Of a stretch of DNA of 64,000 bases, positions 1 through 9,559 are shown in pieces. The notes beneath the pieces were generated by a model that had not been told where the DNA came from, did not search any database, and worked only from the letters and a program-made list of their open reading frames with translations. The translations under genes and the position numbers were made by a program. Each line of letters opens with the position of its first letter. Position 1 is the first letter of the stretch. The stretch lies in NCBI GenBank assembly GCA_963705165.1, contig CAVPJD010000007.1:1-64000 (forward strand). The letters run 5' to 3'. Source of the DNA: an uncultured delta proteobacterium (GTDB lineage Bacteria > Desulfobacterota > Syntrophia > Syntrophales > UBA2192).

Positions 1-1409
1 TCGATGAGCGCCGAGGTGTTCTTGGCGGCCTCGGCGGCCCGCATGGCGAGGTTTCTCACCTCGTTGGCCACCACGGCAAAGCCCGCCCCGGCCTCTCCGG
101 CCCTGGCCGCTTCGACGGCAGCGTTGAGGGCCAGGAGGTTTGTCTGGAAGGCGATCTCGTCGATCGTCTTGATGATCTTGGAGGTCTCGTCGCTGGCATT
201 GGAGATATCCTCCATGGACTGGATGAGCTCCGTCATGGAGCCGTTGGCCCGCTCGACCATCTGTTTCGATTCTTTCATGAGATTGTCGGCCGTCGATGCG
301 TTGTCGGCGTTCTGCTTGGTCATCGACGACATCTCCTCGAGCGACGAGGAGGTCTCCTCGATCGAGGCGGCCTGCTCGGAGGCCCCTTCGGCCAGCGACT
401 GGCTCGCCGAGGAGACCTGGCTCGAGGCCGACACGACCTGTTCGGAGGCCTCGGAGAGGCTGGTGATCGCACGGTTGATCGGCCGCGTGATGGAGCGCGC
501 GATAAAGATGCCCGCCGCCACCATGGCAAGCCCGACGAGGCACACGATGGAGAAAATGACCAGCATCGCATTCCTCAGGGTCACGGCCATGGCCCCCCGG
601 TCCTTGCCGATGAAGAGCATGCCCGCGGTCTTTCCGGTGTGATCCTTTACGGGCCAGTAGGCCGTGTCATATTCTCTTCCCAGGATGGTGTTGATGTCCT
701 GGAATTTCTGCCCCTTCGCCAGGACCGCGTCGAGGACCTTCGCGTTGTCCATCTTGGTCCCCACGGCCCGCTGGCCATCCTTCATGATCGTCGTCGTCAC
801 CCGTGTGTCGCCCTGGAAGATGGTGCACTCCGTGCCGAATTCCTTTTTGATCCCTTCGACAAAGGCATGGTCCGCCGACGTGAGATCCAGGCCCGTGGTG
901 ATCGAGCCCACAATCTTGTCGCCGAGCTTCACGGGGGCGCCTGCGCGCATGGAAAATTTCACCACGGTCCCTTCCTCGATCCCCGTGGTGGCTTGGCCGG
1001 CAAGGGCCTTCTGGACGTTGGACTGGTTCAGGACGCTGTCGCCCGCCTTGTCGGAGTGGCCGCGTCCCACCACCTTGCCGTCCTTGTTTGCGATCGTGAT
1101 GAGGCTGATCTTGGCGTCGCGGATGATCTCCTTGCCCGCCTTCTGGACATAGGCCGTATCCCCCTTGTCGATCGCCTCGGCCAGGTCGTACCGTTGCGCC
1201 GCCATCTGGGCGACGGTGGCGATCTTGTGGGTCTCGTCATCGACATGACCCTGAACGAGCCCGGAGAGCACTTTGATTTCCTCGCGGCTCTCATCGTTGT
1301 AGATCTTGTTCAAATAATAGTAGGTGCACGCCGTGAGAGAGAGACCGACGACGGCAACGGACGCAACGACGATTCCGACGATTTTTGCTGAGAAGGACAA
1401 TTTCTTCAT
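1..1409 (-). CDS. Methyl-accepting chemotaxis protein with Cache-type sensor (3' end runs off the window)
   Basis: Hand translation from ATG 1409: [15 protein letters not shown] (TM), periplasmic Cache-like region ([31 protein letters not shown]), second TM, MCP core [33 protein letters not shown]. No stop in the window, so absent from the ORF track. Confidence 0.95.
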   Translation of the reverse strand, partial: MKKLSFSAKIVGIVVASVAVVGLSLTACTYYYLNKIYNDESREEIKVLSGLVQGHVDDETHKIATVAQMAAQRYDLAEAIDKGDTAYVQKAGKEIIRDAKISLITIANKDGKVVGRGHSDKAGDSVLNQSNVQKALAGQATTGIEEGTVVKFSMRAGAPVKLGDKIVGSITTGLDLTSADHAFVEGIKKEFGTECTIFQGDTRVTTTIMKDGQRAVGTKMDNAKVLDAVLAKGQKFQDINTILGREYDTAYWPVKDHTGKTAGMLFIGKDRGAMAVTLRNAMLVIFSIVCLVGLAMVAAGIFIARSITRPINRAITSLSEASEQVVSASSQVSSASQSLAEGASEQAASIEETSSSLEEMSSMTKQNADNASTADNLMKESKQMVERANGSMTELIQSMEDISNASDETSKIIKTIDEIAFQTNLLALNAAVEAARAGEAGAGFAVVANEVRNLAMRAAEAAKNTSALI

Positions 1410-1444
1410 GATTTAACCTCTTTTTCGATGTGGCGTATCGATCC

Positions 1445-1957
1445 TCAGGACATGCGGCGGATCGCGACGAGGTCCTCGCTGTTGAGCACCTTGTCGATCT
1501 CGAGCAGGATCTTGATCCCGCCTGCCGCCTTGGCCATTCCCAGGATGAAATCCGTGTTGAGCTTGACCCCGAAGGCGGGCGTGTTCTCGATGTCGGTCCC
1601 GCGGATGTTGAGGACCTCCGAAACGGCATCGACGACGATCCCCATCATGATGGAGCCGTTTGCCCCCGCCACCTCCACGACGATGATGCAGGTGCGCTCC
1701 GTGTAGGCCGCGGCCTGAAGGCCGAAACGAAGGCGCAGGTCCACGACGGGGATGACCTTCCCCCTCAGGTTGATGACCCCTTTGACAAAATCCGGGGTCT
1801 GGGGAACATGGGTCACGGGCATGATCCCGATGATCTCCTTGACCTTCAGGATCCCGATCCCGTATTCCTCGCCGGCGAGGGCAAACGTCAGATATTTACC
1901 TTCCCGATCCGCCATGCCGGCACTGGCCGGGGTGATGAGCGCCGCTGCTTGCTCCAT
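1445..1957 (-). CDS. cheW: Chemotaxis coupling protein CheW
   Basis: KYLTF..EEYGI..VKEII, VPQTPDFVKGVINLRGKVIPVVDLR, GIVVDAVSEV. Confidence 0.97.
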   Translation of the reverse strand: MEQAAALITPASAGMADREGKYLTFALAGEEYGIGILKVKEIIGIMPVTHVPQTPDFVKGVINLRGKVIPVVDLRLRFGLQAAAYTERTCIIVVEVAGANGSIMMGIVVDAVSEVLNIRGTDIENTPAFGVKLNTDFILGMAKAAGGIKILLEIDKVLNSEDLVAIRRMS

Positions 1958-2054
1958 ATTGCGCCTCTTGTGATTTCCTTGTGTTTTTTCTTGCGTTCAT
2001 TCCCCGTGGCGGCCTCCGGGAGGCCTGTTTACGCAGTCTCGCCTCTGCCGCCTC

Positions 2055-3548
2055 TTACCGATTCACCCGGAAGATCGCCATGGCCGAGGCCAGCTCCTCG
2101 GCACTCGCCGCATTCTGCTGCGTCACCCGGTTCATCTCCGATACCGCCTTGTTGATCTGATCGATCCCCTGGGACTGCTCCAGGGATGCGGCGGAGATTT
2201 CCCCCATGAGCTGCATCACCTGGTTCGAGCTGTCCGCCACCACTTCGAAATCTTTCGCCGTGCGTCCCACGAGCTGCTCGCCCTTCTGGACCTTCTGCAC
2301 GATCTCGCCCATCAGGCTGGCCGTGTTCTTGGCCGCCTCGGCCGCCCGCATGGCCAGGTTTCGCACCTCGTCGGCCACGACGGCAAAGCCCGCCCCCGCC
2401 TCCCCGGCGCGGGCCGCTTCCACCGCGGCATTCAGGGCCAGGAGGTTGGTCTGGAAGGCGATCTCGTCGATGGACTTGACGATTTTCTGGGTCTGCTCGC
2501 TGGCCCCGGCGATCTCCTTCATGGACCGGTTCAGCTCGGCCATGGACACATTGGCCTTGGATGCCACCGCGTTGGAGTGCGTCATCAGCTCGCTGGCCTT
2601 GTCCGTGTTCTCCGCGTTATTCTGGGTTCTGGCCGCCATCTCCTCCAGGGAAGAGGACGTCTCCTCGAGAGAGGCTGCCTGTTCGGAAGCCGCTTCCGAC
2701 AGGGCCTGCGAGGTCGCCACCGCACCGCCGACCGCTTCGCCCATCTTCTCGCGCATGGAGTCCACCGAGCGGGCCAGGTCCCCGATCTCATCCTTGGAGG
2801 TGAGGCCGACGGTCTGGGTGAGGTCGCCTGCGGCAATCTGGTCCACCGCCTTGATGGTCTGGTGAATGGGGGCGGCGATGAGCCGGGTCATCAGGATGTT
2901 CACGACGAGAGACACAGCGAGGGCGGAGCCCAGGACCACGAGCAGGAGCACCATGAATGCCGCGACACTCTTCAGGGTGTAATCGTATTTTTCCTGGCTC
3001 AGCTTTTCTTCCATGGCCAGGATCTTCTGCATGCTTGCGTTGAGAACCTGGAATTTTTCGTCCGTCGTGGCCATGTACATGGTGGCCATATTGAGGTCGG
3101 AGCCCGACAGATCGACGGCGGAGGTGGCCGCCTCCTTGTATTCCTTCAGGTGCGCCTGCGACGCCTGATAGAGCTTCTTCTCCTCGTCGGCCAGGCTCAT
3201 CTCGGTCAGGGCCTTGCCGATCGCCTTCTGCGTCCGGTCGATCACCGCGAGTTGCTCTTTCCCCAGCGCTTCGACTTTCTTCTCGTCATACTGGGCATTC
3301 GCCCAGCTGATGACCTTGTAGAGGTTGGCGTGCACCTGGGAGAGGTCTTTCAGGATGCCGGCACTGAGCTGGTATCCCTTGAAGCGGTTGTTGAAAATAT
3401 CCTCGACGGAGGATTTCTGGCTCGAGAGGCCGGAGTACGACAGCAATCCCATCAGGATTACAAAGAGCATGACCAGCAAGGGGCCGATGAACAGTTTCCT
3501 GGACATTTTCAGATTGGCAATGATCCGTTTCATAACACTCCTCTTCAC
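2055..3548 (-). CDS. Methyl-accepting chemotaxis protein (helical/4HB-type sensor, HAMP)
   Basis: Two TM segments, helical periplasmic region, HAMP (IAAGDLT..DEIGDL), MCP core [18 protein letters not shown]. Confidence 0.95.
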   Translation of the reverse strand: MKRSVMKRIIANLKMSRKLFIGPLLVMLFVILMGLLSYSGLSSQKSSVEDIFNNRFKGYQLSAGILKDLSQVHANLYKVISWANAQYDEKKVEALGKEQLAVIDRTQKAIGKALTEMSLADEEKKLYQASQAHLKEYKEAATSAVDLSGSDLNMATMYMATTDEKFQVLNASMQKILAMEEKLSQEKYDYTLKSVAAFMVLLLVVLGSALAVSLVVNILMTRLIAAPIHQTIKAVDQIAAGDLTQTVGLTSKDEIGDLARSVDSMREKMGEAVGGAVATSQALSEAASEQAASLEETSSSLEEMAARTQNNAENTDKASELMTHSNAVASKANVSMAELNRSMKEIAGASEQTQKIVKSIDEIAFQTNLLALNAAVEAARAGEAGAGFAVVADEVRNLAMRAAEAAKNTASLMGEIVQKVQKGEQLVGRTAKDFEVVADSSNQVMQLMGEISAASLEQSQGIDQINKAVSEMNRVTQQNAASAEELASAMAIFRVNR

Positions 3549-3579
3549 ACTCCTCTTGGTGAATCGCCCGAATCGAATC

Positions 3580-3615
3580 GGGTGACTGAACAGGGCCCCG
3601 CCCGTTCAGTCACCC
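3580..3615. terminator. Stem-loop between the Cache gene and the MCP gene
   Basis: GGGTGACTGAAC ... GTTCAGTCACCC, a perfect 12-bp inverted repeat just after the Cache gene stop. Confidence 0.6.
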
Positions 3616-3622
3616 TCGCGAA

Positions 3623-4081
3623 TTATTTCTTGTAGGCGCCGCAGCCGACGATCACGTTCTCGTACTTCTCGATGTAGGCCGTCTTGTTTTCAAGCTTCTT
3701 GCTCTGGGGGTTGGTGAACTTGTAATCCTGCGTGCCGGAGCCCTTGGTCTTGGCAATCTCGATTCGCTCCTTCACATAGAACTTGCCGTCGGGGTCCTTC
3801 ATCTCGATGAGATCCTTCCCGATCATCTTCTGGTTGAACCCGTGGGCCAGGCATTTGCCGTTCATGTCATAGACGAAGATGTAGAGGTCGCGGTCGATGA
3901 ACTTGCCCTTGGGGTCGCTGAATTCGGCAAAGGCCTTGTCCTTGCCGTTGGCCTTCATATAATCGATCGCCTTCTTCACCAGGGCCTTGGCCTCCGCGGG
4001 CGTGCCGTCCGCCGCCAGGGCAAAGCCGGAGAACCCCACCACGAACATCATCACCATGGCCATAACGAACATTCTCTTCAT
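3623..4081 (-). CDS. Stand-alone secreted single Cache_2-type domain protein
   Basis: Likely start MKRMFVMAM with signal peptide ending GFALA; motifs DRDLYIFVYD..G.CLAHG, KDPDGKFYVKE, YKFTNP..K.ENK.AY, VGCG.Y. Confidence 0.88.
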   Translation of the reverse strand: MKRMFVMAMVMMFVVGFSGFALAADGTPAEAKALVKKAIDYMKANGKDKAFAEFSDPKGKFIDRDLYIFVYDMNGKCLAHGFNQKMIGKDLIEMKDPDGKFYVKERIEIAKTKGSGTQDYKFTNPQSKKLENKTAYIEKYENVIVGCGAYKK

Positions 4082-4228
4082 CTCAGTGAACCTCCTGCTG
4101 CATTGTTTTCTGTTTTGTCGACAGGGGCCTTGCTGGCCCCGCTGTTTCGTCTTGTCTATGGATCTTCTCTTCAAATCCGGGGCCCTCTCCATCGATGTCC
4201 GGGGGAAAGGGTGTCAAAAATCCGTAAC

Positions 4229-4738
4229 TCACGACGCGAGGAGGGACATGTCCCCGTTCCCGAGCACTTTGTCGATATCGAGCAGGATCTTGATCCCGCC
4301 GGCCGCTTTGGCCAGTCCCAGGATGAAATCCGTGTTGAGCTTGACCCCGAAGGCTGGCGTGTTCTCGATGTCGGCCCCCCGGATGTTGAGCACCTCCGAA
4401 ACGGCATCGACGACGATCCCCATCATGATGGAGCCGTTTGCCCCCGCCACCTCCACGACGATGATGCAGGTGCGCTCCGTGTAGGCCGCGGCTTCCAGGG
4501 CAAAGCGAAGGCGCAGGTCCACGACGGGGATGACCTTCCCCCTCAGGTTGATGACCCCCTTGACAAAATCCGGGGTCTGGGGGACGTGGGTTACGGACAT
4601 CATCCCGATGATCTCCTTGACCTTCAGGATCCCGATCCCGTATTCCTCGCCCGAAAGCGAGAACGTCAGGTATTTTCCCTCCCGTACCGGGATCCCGGCA
4701 AGGGTGCTTTCCTGTTTTTCCATCAGCTCCGTCTGCAT
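4229..4738 (-). CDS. cheW: Chemotaxis coupling protein CheW (second, near-identical copy)
   Basis: Same CheW motifs; long nucleotide identity to 1445..1957. Confidence 0.97.
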   Translation of the reverse strand: MQTELMEKQESTLAGIPVREGKYLTFSLSGEEYGIGILKVKEIIGMMSVTHVPQTPDFVKGVINLRGKVIPVVDLRLRFALEAAAYTERTCIIVVEVAGANGSIMMGIVVDAVSEVLNIRGADIENTPAFGVKLNTDFILGLAKAAGGIKILLDIDKVLGNGDMSLLAS

Positions 4739-4854
4739 CGCTTGATTTTCTCCTTGTCTCCCATGAAGCTGTAGCCCGATCGAGACTCCACCCGAGCCAA
4801 ACCCTTTTGAATCGAAAGGCCGGGACCCGCGCCCGGCCTGCTGAATCGCTGTAT

Positions 4855-5508
4855 CTAAGAGCGCGCCTGGATTCCGTTGATCCTGTCCGCAGGGATGTCG
4901 AGGGCTTTTACGATCGTGTCATAGAGCTTCTTCACATCGACGGGCTTCGTCATGTAGTCGAGGAATTTGCCCCGCTCGTCCTCGGTGAGATACTCCGGGT
5001 ACCCCGTCAGGATGATGATCTGGACGTCCCGGTGCATTTTGCGGATCTTTTCTGCAAGTTCGAGGCCATTGAGGTTGGGCATCACGATGTCGAGCAGGAT
5101 GAGATCCGGCTTTTCCTCGCCGATGTGCAGGACCGCCTCGAGTCCGTTCGCGTAGGTCTTCAGGGTGCAGTGCCGGTTGAGGCCCAGTCCCTCGAAGGCG
5201 TTCTCGATGAAAGTGAGGATGTTCTCGTCGTCGTCGATGGCCATGACGAGTTTCTTGTGGGACGGCCCCCTGGATGCCGTCTTGCCGGCCTCCGCCGCCC
5301 CGGAGTCTGCCCCCTGGAGTTTTTCGAGGGACATGTCGCCGAAGCCGAACTCCCGCTTGAGCCGCTCCACCTCCACCAGCGGGATCTTGAGATGTTTACC
5401 GACCTTGTATCCCTTTACCGTCCCCTCTTTCACCCAGCGGTAGATAGTGACCCGGTTGACGTCGAAGAGATCGGCCACCTCGGACGTGGAAAAAAACATT
5501 TTCGCCAT
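4855..5508 (-). CDS. Response regulator with N-terminal excisionase-like HTH and C-terminal receiver domain
   Basis: FSTSEVADLFDVNRVTIYRWVKEG (HTH_17-like); REC motifs AIDDD, LILLDIVMP, ILTG, TKP. Confidence 0.9.
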   Translation of the reverse strand: MAKMFFSTSEVADLFDVNRVTIYRWVKEGTVKGYKVGKHLKIPLVEVERLKREFGFGDMSLEKLQGADSGAAEAGKTASRGPSHKKLVMAIDDDENILTFIENAFEGLGLNRHCTLKTYANGLEAVLHIGEEKPDLILLDIVMPNLNGLELAEKIRKMHRDVQIIILTGYPEYLTEDERGKFLDYMTKPVDVKKLYDTIVKALDIPADRINGIQARS

Positions 5509-5564
5509 GGAACACCTCTCGATTCGGGTTTGGTTCGCAACACTATAGCAACATATAAATCCAG

Positions 5565-5580
5565 TGCAACACCTGCACCT
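5565..5580 (-). promoter_or_regulatory. Putative sigma54 -24/-12 promoter
   Basis: Minus strand AGGTGCAGGTGTTGCA (GG-N10-GC). Confidence 0.45.
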
Positions 5581-5583
5581 GTT

Positions 5584-5610
5584 TTATCGACCGGAAACGG
5601 GGAAACTTTA
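5584..5610 (-). promoter_or_regulatory. Putative sigma28 (FliA) promoter of the chemoreceptor operon
   Basis: Minus strand TAAAGTTT-N11-GTCGATAA. Confidence 0.75.
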
Positions 5611-5626
5611 GCGGGGAATAAAAGAA

Positions 5627-5659
5627 AGGGGCCAGGGTACAGGGTTCAGGGGCCAGGGG
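5627..5659. repeat. Degenerate heptamer array (AGGGNNC), inverted partner of 5856..5937
   Basis: aggggcc agggtac agggttc aggggcc aggg. Confidence 0.8.
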
Positions 5660-5855
5660 AGACATAGGAAATAGGGACAGTAATGAGGGGCATACGCCCA
5701 TGAGAACGAGTCAAGGGAAACAGGGCAGAAGGGGGGGCAGAATAGGCATTAAGATGAGATCGCTGAGGCGCAAGAGGTTCTGAATTGATCAAGAAGGAAG
5801 ATCAGTGTGCTGGCTGATTTGCTAGAAAGCGAATAGATATCAAATAGATGAATAG

Positions 5856-5937
5856 ACCCTGTACCCTGTACCCTGTACCCTGTACCCTGTACCCTGTACC
5901 CTGTACCCTGTACCCTGTACCCTGTACCCTGTACCCT
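5856..5937. repeat. Perfect heptamer tandem repeat (ACCCTGT)11 plus a partial copy
   Basis: Counted directly; ends 3 bp from the GGDEF gene stop. Confidence 0.97.
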
Positions 5938-5940
5938 TCT

Positions 5941-6654
5941 TCAAGAGACTGCATGCTCCGACTCCGCCGGCTTCTGCCCCTGGCCCTGGCAGTCGAGCCA
6001 CTCGATGAGACCGGGCCCTTTCTGTTTGGCCAGATGCATGGCCCCGTCGGCCGTCCAGACAAGCTCCCAGGGATCCCTGGCAGAGCTGATTTGCTCCTTT
6101 TTAAGGGTGCTCACCCCGATGCTGACCGAGAGGGTGATTTCCTGTTCCCCGCAGGCGAATCGATGCGTTTGGAGGCGGCCCCGGATGCGCTCGGCCGCCG
6201 TCTTGGCTGCCTTCTGCCCGGAGGAGCCCAGGAGAATGACAAACTCGTCGGCGCCGAATCGGACCAGCACATCCTCCCTGCGGCAAAGACCTCTCAACAG
6301 GCTGGCCGTGTCCCGGAGGACCTTGTCGCCGATGAAGTGCCCGTATTGGTCATTGACGGCCTTGAAGTGGTCGATATCGATGAAAAGGCACGACAGGGAC
6401 GAACCCGCCCGCCTCGCCCGCGAGAATTCCTCCTCGAGGCGGGGCTGCAGGTACCATCGGTTGTGAAGGCCCGTCGTCGGGTCGACGAAGTTGATTTTCT
6501 CAAGCTCCTCCACCCGCGAGCGGAGCTTCAGGCTCTCGATCAGGAGCTCCTTGTTCTTCCGGGTGAGCGTCTTGTTGTTCTCGACGAGCCACTCGAAAAG
6601 GAAGCTCTTTTCGTCGAAGTTCAGTGCTGCCCTGCCGCCTTCCCCGTCATCCAT
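5941..6654 (-). CDS. Coiled-coil plus GGDEF-domain protein (GADEF variant)
   Basis: DPTTGLHNR, IDIDHFKAVNDQYGHFIGD, RRED..RFGADEF, SVSIGVS, ADGAMHLAK. Confidence 0.93.
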   Translation of the reverse strand: MDDGEGGRAALNFDEKSFLFEWLVENNKTLTRKNKELLIESLKLRSRVEELEKINFVDPTTGLHNRWYLQPRLEEEFSRARRAGSSLSCLFIDIDHFKAVNDQYGHFIGDKVLRDTASLLRGLCRREDVLVRFGADEFVILLGSSGQKAAKTAAERIRGRLQTHRFACGEQEITLSVSIGVSTLKKEQISSARDPWELVWTADGAMHLAKQKGPGLIEWLDCQGQGQKPAESEHAVS

Positions 6655-6712
6655 GATTGTTTCGTGCCCTTCCCCGGCTCAAGTTGATCTTCATGATTAC
6701 CGATAAGAGATT

Positions 6713-6728
6713 AGCACTTTCTGTGCCA
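6713..6728 (-). promoter_or_regulatory. Putative sigma54 promoter of the GGDEF gene
   Basis: Minus strand TGGCACAGAAAGTGCT. Confidence 0.7.
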
Positions 6729-6774
6729 CGGAGAGGCGCCCCATCGGTCATGGGACCAACCGGGCCAAACACAT

Positions 6775-6885
6775 GAAGTAAGGAAGTTAGGAGGCGAGGA
6801 AGATCGGAAAAATGAATCTCATTCCCTCGGCCTTCGATTCGCATTTCTTTTCCTAACTTCTGATCTTCAACCCTTCTTAACTTCA
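6775..6885. repeat. Inverted pair of degenerate 8-bp-period GAAG/CTTC arrays
   Basis: gaagtaag gaagttag gaggcgag gaagatcg ... ctaacttc tgatcttc aacccttc ttaacttc. Confidence 0.65.
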
Positions 6886-6901
6886 GTGCTTTCGGGGCGA
6901 C

Positions 6902-7601
6902 ATGGACGAAGCCATCGTCAGAGAACGGGCATCCGAGATTTCGAGAACCCTGGCAAACTGCCGGAAGTCTCTCACCCAGGGAAACGTCTACTCCTGCCTC
7001 ACCGGCTTCAAGGACGCCATGGAGAAGATGGTCGTCACCCGCATGCTTCCCCAGGACGAGAAAGACCTGCAGGAAGGCATCAACGATTTTCAGCGGCAGC
7101 TCATGGCGAGCACCGCCTTCAAGAACACCTTCGGCCCCGTCACCTTCCAGGAGAACGAAAACGAGACGACGCTCTCTTTCGTGCGGCAGCTGGTGTGCGT
7201 CTCCGAGGAAGAGATCGCACGGAAACTCGCCGACGGGGGAGGAAAGCCAGGAAAACCGCGCCCTCACCATCATGCGGCTCATCGACAAGGGGGAGCACGA
7301 GAAGGCCCGGGCCCTCATCGGCACGAACGATGATCTCCTGGGCTTCATTCTCCATACCTACAACGCCCTGGGCATCCAGGCCCGCAAGGGCGGGGAGTTC
7401 GACAAGGCCGTCGCCGAGTTCAACAAGGCGCTGAGCGTCTCTCCTGACGACGAGGCGCTCCTGTACAACCTGGCGCGAGCCTATGCAGCGAAAAAAGAAA
7501 AGAAACCGGCCGTCGAATCCATCCAAAAGGCCCTGAAGATCAACCCCGCCTTCACGGAGGCCCAGACCCTCCTGAATCACCTCCAGCAGAGCGCCGGCTG
7601 A
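6902..7601 (+). CDS. TPR-containing protein, split by a probable 1-bp homopolymer error
   Basis: ORFs 6902..7333 and 7272..7601 join if one G is removed from the G5 run at 7235-7239 (LADGEESQENRALTIMRL); C-terminal TPRs YNALGIQARK..LLYNLARAY..ALKINP. Confidence 0.8.
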
Positions 7602-7767
7602 CGGAAGGTCGGTTTTTCGAACGCCGCATGAAGCCGCCGATGCGTCGCCTCTGCCCCCATGCCGGGCCATGGCGATATCACTCCAAAACTCGTTGGAGGA
7701 AATCTATGAATGCATGCAGCGGATTCCCCCGGAATCGCATGGCGGAATCAGTGAATGGGCAAATCAC

Positions 7768-7795
7768 TTAAGTTCGGTTCCCTTTCATCCGATAG
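7768..7795 (+). promoter_or_regulatory. Putative sigma28 promoter of the TPR gene
   Basis: TTAA-N16-TCCGATAG, 57 bp upstream of ATG 7853. Confidence 0.6.
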
Positions 7796-7852
7796 TCAGC
7801 GTATGGAATATTTTGAATATTTCATCCAACGGGACATGGGGCGAACAGGGCC

Positions 7853-9076
7853 ATGAGTATGATTTCGGCAGCTCAATACAGCAATTTCATGATCTCAACA
7901 GCACAGATCGATAGCCTGTTTTCTGCCATACCCACTTCACAGAAACAGTATGACAGTTTGTCGAATAGTTCTCTCGCCCGCGGGATTGACCGCTATACGA
8001 GTGCGGAGTATGACGGAGCCGTCACGGAATTCAGGCGAGCGATCGCGCTTTCGTCTTTTTCCGATAACGCCGCCAAAGCCTATGATTACATGGCCAAAGC
8101 CTATCTCCAGGATGGCAATACAGAAGCAGCAATCAAGACCTATCAGGAAGCCATCAAGTCATACCCCACTCGTGCCGCCTTTCATATCAGCCTCGGCGAC
8201 ATCTACTATAAACAGGGACAACTTCCTGAGGCGGAAACCGAATATAAAGCCGCAATCAACCTTGATTCTGAATCCACGGACAGCCGTTATGGTCTCGGCC
8301 AGGTTTACCTCAATTCCGAAAGGGTTAGCGAAGCGGAGGCCCAGTTTAAAAAAGTAGTCAGTTTATCCCCGCGAAGCTCCATCGGGTATTACGGATTGGG
8401 GCAAACGTATAGAAAAATGGGGAATTACAGCGATGCGCTTGCCCAGCTCGATAAGGCCGTCTCATTGGACAGGAGTTTCGATGATGGTTTTCTTGAGCAG
8501 GGCTACACCTATGCCGACATGGGTGACATGGACAATGCCCGTAGCCTGGTCAACACGCTGTCAGATAACCGATCTTCTTTAGCGGCCACTCTCAGAGAGT
8601 ACATCTACGCCAATGCAGCACCCAAGATCTCCCTGGCTTACAGCACCAATGGTTTTAAAGCATCCCTGGGACCAGGCACACCCGTGGCCAACCTGGATTC
8701 CTCGTTGTCGGAAATTCAGGCTTCCAAAGCCTTTACGATGAGGTTCGTCTTCACCAAGGATATGGACCCCGTCTCGATCCAGAATCCTTTGAACTGGGGA
8801 ATCAGCAGAGCAACGGGAACAAATGCCGGAGGAGCTTATAACTGGGGAATGCCGGCATCGGCAACGGATGTTGTCTTCCCTTCTCTTCCGGCCGGCGTGG
8901 TTTATGATCCTGAAACCTTCTCAGCCGATGTAACGTTCAAGATTACCCAGAACGGTGAAGGGAACGGAACGATCGATCCTTCGCATATGATGTTTAGATT
9001 TTACGGGAAAGATGCCTATGGCAAAGCGATGGATTTGGCAGCAGACGAATACAGCGGCATTTCAAAAATTGCCTGA
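7853..9076 (+). CDS. TPR-repeat protein with an uncharacterised beta-rich C-terminal domain
   Basis: About 6 TPRs (AYDYMAKAY, HISLGDIY, YGLGQVY, YGLGQTY), then about 150 aa of G/T/F-rich sequence; no classical signal peptide. Confidence 0.85.
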   Translation: MSMISAAQYSNFMISTAQIDSLFSAIPTSQKQYDSLSNSSLARGIDRYTSAEYDGAVTEFRRAIALSSFSDNAAKAYDYMAKAYLQDGNTEAAIKTYQEAIKSYPTRAAFHISLGDIYYKQGQLPEAETEYKAAINLDSESTDSRYGLGQVYLNSERVSEAEAQFKKVVSLSPRSSIGYYGLGQTYRKMGNYSDALAQLDKAVSLDRSFDDGFLEQGYTYADMGDMDNARSLVNTLSDNRSSLAATLREYIYANAAPKISLAYSTNGFKASLGPGTPVANLDSSLSEIQASKAFTMRFVFTKDMDPVSIQNPLNWGISRATGTNAGGAYNWGMPASATDVVFPSLPAGVVYDPETFSADVTFKITQNGEGNGTIDPSHMMFRFYGKDAYGKAMDLAADEYSGISKIA

Positions 9077-9121
9077 TCCGGAACAAAACGAGAATAGAAT
9101 CAGGTCATGAGTCCGTATCAT

Positions 9122-9149
9122 TAAAGGTTTTATCATAAAATGCCGATTC
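9122..9149 (+). promoter_or_regulatory. Putative sigma28 promoter of flaG
   Basis: TAAA-N16-GCCGATTC. Confidence 0.75.
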
Positions 9150-9192
9150 TATTAGGCAAGGACTAAATCATATATGAAGGGGGTGAAATAAA

Positions 9193-9543
9193 ATGATCAC
9201 CAGCGTTGTGAGCTCTCCTGGCGCAATGGCTGGCTCTTCGGTAACCGCAAGTGCGCCGCGTCCTGTGAACGAGTCTTCCCGGGCGGGACAGGCCCCGGGC
9301 GGAGGCGCCTCGGTTAGCCCCGCAGAGCTCAAACAGGTTGTGGAGCAGATGCAAGGCCAGCTTGATAGCATGAATATCAGCCTCCAGTATTCCGTTTATG
9401 GCGAGAATGATAATAAGATCGCCGTTAAAGTCGTGGATCGGGATACGGGAAAGGTCATTCGTGAGATCCCGGCGAAAGAAGTACAAGCCCTTCAGGATAA
9501 AATGAGCGAACTGGTCGGCATGATCTACGACCACAAGACGTAA
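9193..9543 (+). CDS. flaG: Flagellar protein FlaG
   Basis: LQYSV..KIAVKVVDRDTGKVIREIP..G.IYD signature. Confidence 0.92.
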   Translation: MITSVVSSPGAMAGSSVTASAPRPVNESSRAGQAPGGGASVSPAELKQVVEQMQGQLDSMNISLQYSVYGENDNKIAVKVVDRDTGKVIREIPAKEVQALQDKMSELVGMIYDHKT

Positions 9544-9559
9544 ATCGGGGCAACGGTCA

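Noticed and set aside
5856..5937. Possible CRISPR array
   Set aside because: 7-bp tandem units with no spacers and no cas genes; no repeat-spacer array seen anywhere in the window.
5802..6062. ORF with RVQGTGY repeats, and its opposite-strand YPVPCTL counterpart
   Set aside because: Translation of the heptamer DNA repeat; overlaps the GGDEF gene.
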